From contig JAFATB010000023.1 in the NCBI GenBank assembly GCA_019244185.1, forward strand, positions 352,001 to 416,000: a stretch of 64,000 nucleotides of DNA, written 5' to 3'. Each line of letters starts with the position of its first letter. Positions within the stretch are counted from its first letter, which is position 1. The DNA comes from Acidobacteriota bacterium (GTDB taxonomy: Bacteria > Acidobacteriota > Thermoanaerobaculia > Gp7-AA8). A model generated the notes under the pieces. The model worked only from the letters and a program-made list of their open reading frames with translations, was not told where the DNA came from and did not search any database. The translations under genes were made by a program, and so were the position numbers. Positions 60,411-64,000 of the stretch are shown piece by piece.

Positions 60411-60413
60411 GAC

Positions 60414-60440
60414 CTGGCACTCCGCAGCTTCGAGTGCCAG
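60414..60440. promoter_or_regulatory. CIRCE operator (HrcA site)
   Basis: CTGGCACTC-N9-GAGTGCCAG, compared with consensus TTAGCACTC-N9-GAGTGCTAA, directly upstream of hrcA. Confidence 0.9.
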
Positions 60441-60450
60441 GCGCACTCCG

Positions 60451-61515
60451 ATGCCGGCGAAACACGACTTTCACGAGCTCGACCTCGACCCGCGCGCCCG
60501 CGAGGTGCTGCGCGAGATCGTCATGCAGCACATCGAGTCCGGCGACGCGATCAGCTCGCGCACGCTGGCGAAGTGCGGCCGCTTCGACCTTTCCCCCGCG
60601 AGCCTGCGCAACGTGATGGCCGATCTCGAAGACCTCGGCTACCTCGCGCAGCCGCACACGTCGGCCGGCCGCGTGCCGACCGATCGCGGCTATCGCTTCT
60701 TCATCAACCACCTGATGAAGTCGCGGTCGCTTTCGGCGCGCGAGCGCGAGGTCATCGACGATCAGGTCAGCCACGCCCACGAGATCGACGAGGTGCTGCA
60801 CCTCGCCTCGAACCTGCTGTGGAAGCTCAGCGATCAGGTCGGCGTCGTCTTCATGCCGACGCTGCTGCAGTTCGCCATCCGCTCGATGGATTTCGTCCTC
60901 GTCGCCGAGAACAAGATCATGTGCATCCTCGTCGGCGTGAACGGCGTGGTGGTGAACAAGATCGTCGAGACGCGCTTCCGCTTCACGCGCGACGAGCTCG
61001 AGAAGATCAGCCGCTTCAGCACCGCCGAGTTCTCCGGCTGCACGCTCGACCTCGTGCGGCGCCGCCTCGTGCGCATGACCGAGCAGGAGCGCGCGCAGCA
61101 CGACGAGATGCTGCAGAAGACGATCTCCCTCGGCATCGAGGCGGTGAACGCGCCGATCGACCACGACCTCTACGTCGAGGGCGCGGAGTCGATCCTCAAC
61201 AAGCCGGAGTTCGCCGACGCGGCGCTGCTGCGCAAGACCTTTCTCGCGCTGCAGGAGAAGGAACGGCTCGTCGAGATCCTCGAGTCCTGCCTGCAGGCCG
61301 AGGGGCTGCAGATTCTCGTCGGGAGCGAGAGCGACTTCACAGGGGATCACAACTTCAGTATCGTCGCTCGCCGGTACGGTTCGCAGTCCACCCCCAACGG
61401 CATGGTGGCCATCATCGGTCCCATGCGCATGGAGTACGCGCGCATGGCGCCGCTGGTCGATTACCTCGGCCGCGCGCTCAGCCGCAAGATCGAAGAACAG
61501 GAGCAGCCACGCTGA
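60451..61515 (+). CDS. hrcA: Heat-inducible transcription repressor
   Basis: SPASLRNVMADLEDLGYLAQPHTSAGRVPT and IIGPMRMEY motifs. Confidence 0.95.
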   Translation: MPAKHDFHELDLDPRAREVLREIVMQHIESGDAISSRTLAKCGRFDLSPASLRNVMADLEDLGYLAQPHTSAGRVPTDRGYRFFINHLMKSRSLSAREREVIDDQVSHAHEIDEVLHLASNLLWKLSDQVGVVFMPTLLQFAIRSMDFVLVAENKIMCILVGVNGVVVNKIVETRFRFTRDELEKISRFSTAEFSGCTLDLVRRRLVRMTEQERAQHDEMLQKTISLGIEAVNAPIDHDLYVEGAESILNKPEFADAALLRKTFLALQEKERLVEILESCLQAEGLQILVGSESDFTGDHNFSIVARRYGSQSTPNGMVAIIGPMRMEYARMAPLVDYLGRALSRKIEEQEQPR

Positions 61516-62102
61516 TGGACGAGAACAGACGCAACGGCGAAGAGGCCGAGGACGGCGCCTACGTGATCGAAGACACGGGCGGCTCGATCGAAGAGCTCGA
61601 GGCGGAGATGGAAGCGACCGCGCAGGAAGCCGCCGGCAGCGCGCCCGCCGGCGACGGCGGGTCGTCGCAGGAAGGCGAATACCGCGACCGCTACCTCCGC
61701 GCGCTCGCCGATTTCGAAAACTTCCGGAGACGCTCCGAACGGGAGAAAGCGGACTTCTATAAATATGCCGTGACGGGGCTCATGAAAGAGCTCCTTCCGG
61801 TGCTCGACAATTTCGACCGCGCGCTCGAGCACGTGGACGAGAACGACGAAGTGCACAAAGGCGTGCTGCTGATCTACAAACAGCTCTCCGGCGTGCTGCA
61901 GCGCAACGGCCTGCGCACGATCGACGAGGCCAACGTGCCGTTCGACCCGAACATCCACGAGGCCGTCGTGCGCGATGAAGACGACTCGGTCCCGTCGCAC
62001 ACGGTCGTGGCGGTGATGCAGAAGGGCTACTTTCTCAACGACCGGCTGCTGCGTCCCGCGCTCGTGAAAGTGGCCGTCGGAGGACCCGAGCGAGCCGCCT
62101 AG
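61515..62102 (+). CDS. grpE: Nucleotide exchange factor
   Basis: ADFENFRRR, LLPVLDNFDRA, FDPNIHEA and RLLRPALV motifs. Confidence 0.95.
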   Translation: MDENRRNGEEAEDGAYVIEDTGGSIEELEAEMEATAQEAAGSAPAGDGGSSQEGEYRDRYLRALADFENFRRRSEREKADFYKYAVTGLMKELLPVLDNFDRALEHVDENDEVHKGVLLIYKQLSGVLQRNGLRTIDEANVPFDPNIHEAVVRDEDDSVPSHTVVAVMQKGYFLNDRLLRPALVKVAVGGPERAA

Positions 62103-62114
62103 CGGTTCGATCCA

Positions 62115-63956
62115 ATGCCGAAAATCATCGGAATCGACCTCGGCACGACGAACTCCTGCGTCGCAGTCGTCGATGTCACGACACCTCAGGTGATCCCCAA
62201 CCGCGAGGGCAGCCGCACCACGCCTTCCGTCGTCGGGTTCACCGAGGATGGGGAGCGGCTCGTCGGCCAGATCGCCAAGCGTCAGGCGATCACGAACCCG
62301 TTCAACACCGTCTTCGCCATCAAGCGCCTCATCGGCCGCAAGTACGACTCCGACGAAGTCGCGCACGCGAAGAAGATCCTGCCGTACAACGCCGTCTCCG
62401 GCTCCAACGGCGACGTGAAAGTGAAGATCCGCGAGCGCGACTACTCGCCGGAAGAGATCTCCGCGTTCGTCCTCGGCGAGATCAAATCGTTCGCCGAAGA
62501 ATTCCTCGGCGAGACCGTCACCGAGGCCATCATCACGGTGCCGGCGTACTTCAATGACTCGCAGCGGCAGGCCACGCGCGACGCCGGACGCATCGCCGGA
62601 CTCGAAGTTCTGCGCATCATCAACGAGCCGACGGCGGCCGCGCTCGCGTACGGTCTCGACAACAAACAGAACCAGCTCATCGCGGTCTACGACCTCGGCG
62701 GCGGCACGTTCGACATCAGCATCCTCAAGCTCGAAGACGGTCTCTTCGAAGTGCTCTCGACGTCCGGCGACACGTACCTCGGCGGCGAGGACTTCGACAA
62801 GCGGATCATGGACTGGCTGATCGAGACCTTCCAGCGCGACTCCGGCATCGACCTGCGCGACGACCGCATGGCGCTGCAGCGCCTCAAGGAAGCAGCCGAG
62901 CGCGCGAAGTGCGAGCTGTCCATCGAACAGGAGTCGCGCATCACGCTGCCGTTCATCTCCGCCGACGCGACCGGACCGAAGCACCTCAACGCCGTGCTCA
63001 CGCGCCGCGAGTTCGAGCGCATGGTCGAGGACCTCATCCAGAAGACCATCGATCCGGTGAATGACGCGCTCAAAGCCGCGGGGCTGAGCGCGCGGCAGAT
63101 CGATGAAGTCGTGCTCGTCGGCGGCCAGACGCGCATGCCGAAAGTCATCGAGGCGGTGCGCAACGTCTTCGGCAAGGATCCGAACCGCGACATCAATCCC
63201 GACGAGGTCGTCGCGGTCGGCGCCGCGATCCAGGGCGGCATCCTGCGCGGCGACATCAAGGACATGGTGCTCCTCGACGTCACGCCGCTCTCGCTCGGCA
63301 TCGAGACGCACGGCGGTCTCTTCACGAAGCTGATCGAGCGCAACTCCACGATTCCGACCAAGAACTCGCTCGTGTTCACCACCGTCGCCGACAACCAGAG
63401 CAAGGTCACCGTGCACGTGCTGCAGGGCGAGCGCGAGTTCGCGCGCGAGAACAAGTCGCTCGGCAAGTTCGACCTCGTCGGCATCCCGGCCTCGCCGCGC
63501 GGCGTGCCGCAGATCGAAGTCACGTTCTCCATCGACTCGAACGGCATCGTCAACGTCACGGCGCGCGACCAGGCCACCGGCGCGTCGCAGGGCGTGCAGA
63601 TCAATCCCGCCGGCGGCCTCTCGAAAGACGAGATCGACCGCATCATCAACGAAGCCACCGCGCACCAGCGCGCCGACTCGCAGCGCCGCGAGATGCGCAT
63701 GCTCCAGAACAAGCTCGAGGGGATGATCTACACGAACGACAAAGTCTTCCGCGAGTTCGGCAAGCTCCTCAACGAGACGGACCGCGACCGCGTGCAGGCC
63801 ATCCTCACGCGCGCGAAGGAAGCGGTGAACGCCGAACAGAAACAGACCATCAACGACGCGATCTTCGAGCTGCAGGGCGCCTCGCGCATCCTGACGAGCG
63901 TGATGCTCTACAACCCGCTCAAAGTCTCGTCCGCGTCCGACACGAGCGGCAGTTGA
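62115..63956 (+). CDS. dnaK: Hsp70 chaperone
   Basis: [25 protein letters not shown] and DVTPLSLG motifs. Confidence 0.96.
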   Translation: MPKIIGIDLGTTNSCVAVVDVTTPQVIPNREGSRTTPSVVGFTEDGERLVGQIAKRQAITNPFNTVFAIKRLIGRKYDSDEVAHAKKILPYNAVSGSNGDVKVKIRERDYSPEEISAFVLGEIKSFAEEFLGETVTEAIITVPAYFNDSQRQATRDAGRIAGLEVLRIINEPTAAALAYGLDNKQNQLIAVYDLGGGTFDISILKLEDGLFEVLSTSGDTYLGGEDFDKRIMDWLIETFQRDSGIDLRDDRMALQRLKEAAERAKCELSIEQESRITLPFISADATGPKHLNAVLTRREFERMVEDLIQKTIDPVNDALKAAGLSARQIDEVVLVGGQTRMPKVIEAVRNVFGKDPNRDINPDEVVAVGAAIQGGILRGDIKDMVLLDVTPLSLGIETHGGLFTKLIERNSTIPTKNSLVFTTVADNQSKVTVHVLQGEREFARENKSLGKFDLVGIPASPRGVPQIEVTFSIDSNGIVNVTARDQATGASQGVQINPAGGLSKDEIDRIINEATAHQRADSQRREMRMLQNKLEGMIYTNDKVFREFGKLLNETDRDRVQAILTRAKEAVNAEQKQTINDAIFELQGASRILTSVMLYNPLKVSSASDTSGS

Positions 63957-63964
63957 AACCGACC

Positions 63965-64000
63965 ATGGCCACGACCGAAAAACGCGATTACTACGAGGTG
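63965..64000 (+). CDS. dnaJ: Start of chaperone DnaJ (partial)
   Basis: MATTEKRDYYEV J-domain start directly after dnaK. Confidence 0.8.
   Translation, partial: MATTEKRDYYEV

Overview
High-GC bacterial chromosomal window, probably Acidobacteriota (Thermoanaerobaculia-like). That assignment is an inference from gene content and style and is not verified. It is densely coding, with about 70 genes, mostly housekeeping: pyrR-pyrB-pyrC, pilT-like ATPase, queF, ribD/ribE, degP, pfkA, livKHMGF, fabF/acpP, dacB, guaB, ligA, can, and hrcA-grpE-dnaK-(dnaJ) with a CIRCE operator. I found no rRNA, tRNA, CRISPR array, transposase, integrase or reverse transcriptase. The most unusual signals are: (1) a dispersed family of ~70-120 bp intergenic elements with inverted arms of 7-nt tandem units (GAATGAA/GAACGCA) around GC-rich cores, present in 6 copies and often fused to stop codons, plus one element with the same architecture and a different heptamer; (2) an FHA-domain gene split by an A10 run, a candidate programmed slippage or frameshift site; (3) many genes with a -10 box 5-9 nt before the start codon, suggesting leaderless transcription; (4) an orphan DUF4157 + GNAT-like + CFI-box-CTERM candidate effector; (5) a Cys-less radical-SAM-like/HhH fusion in the rib operon; (6) a PilT with a coiled-coil tail carrying its own in-frame RBS and ATG; (7) an unannotated 54-aa Cys/His-rich microprotein. 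Domain calls come from motif recognition by eye, not from database searches.
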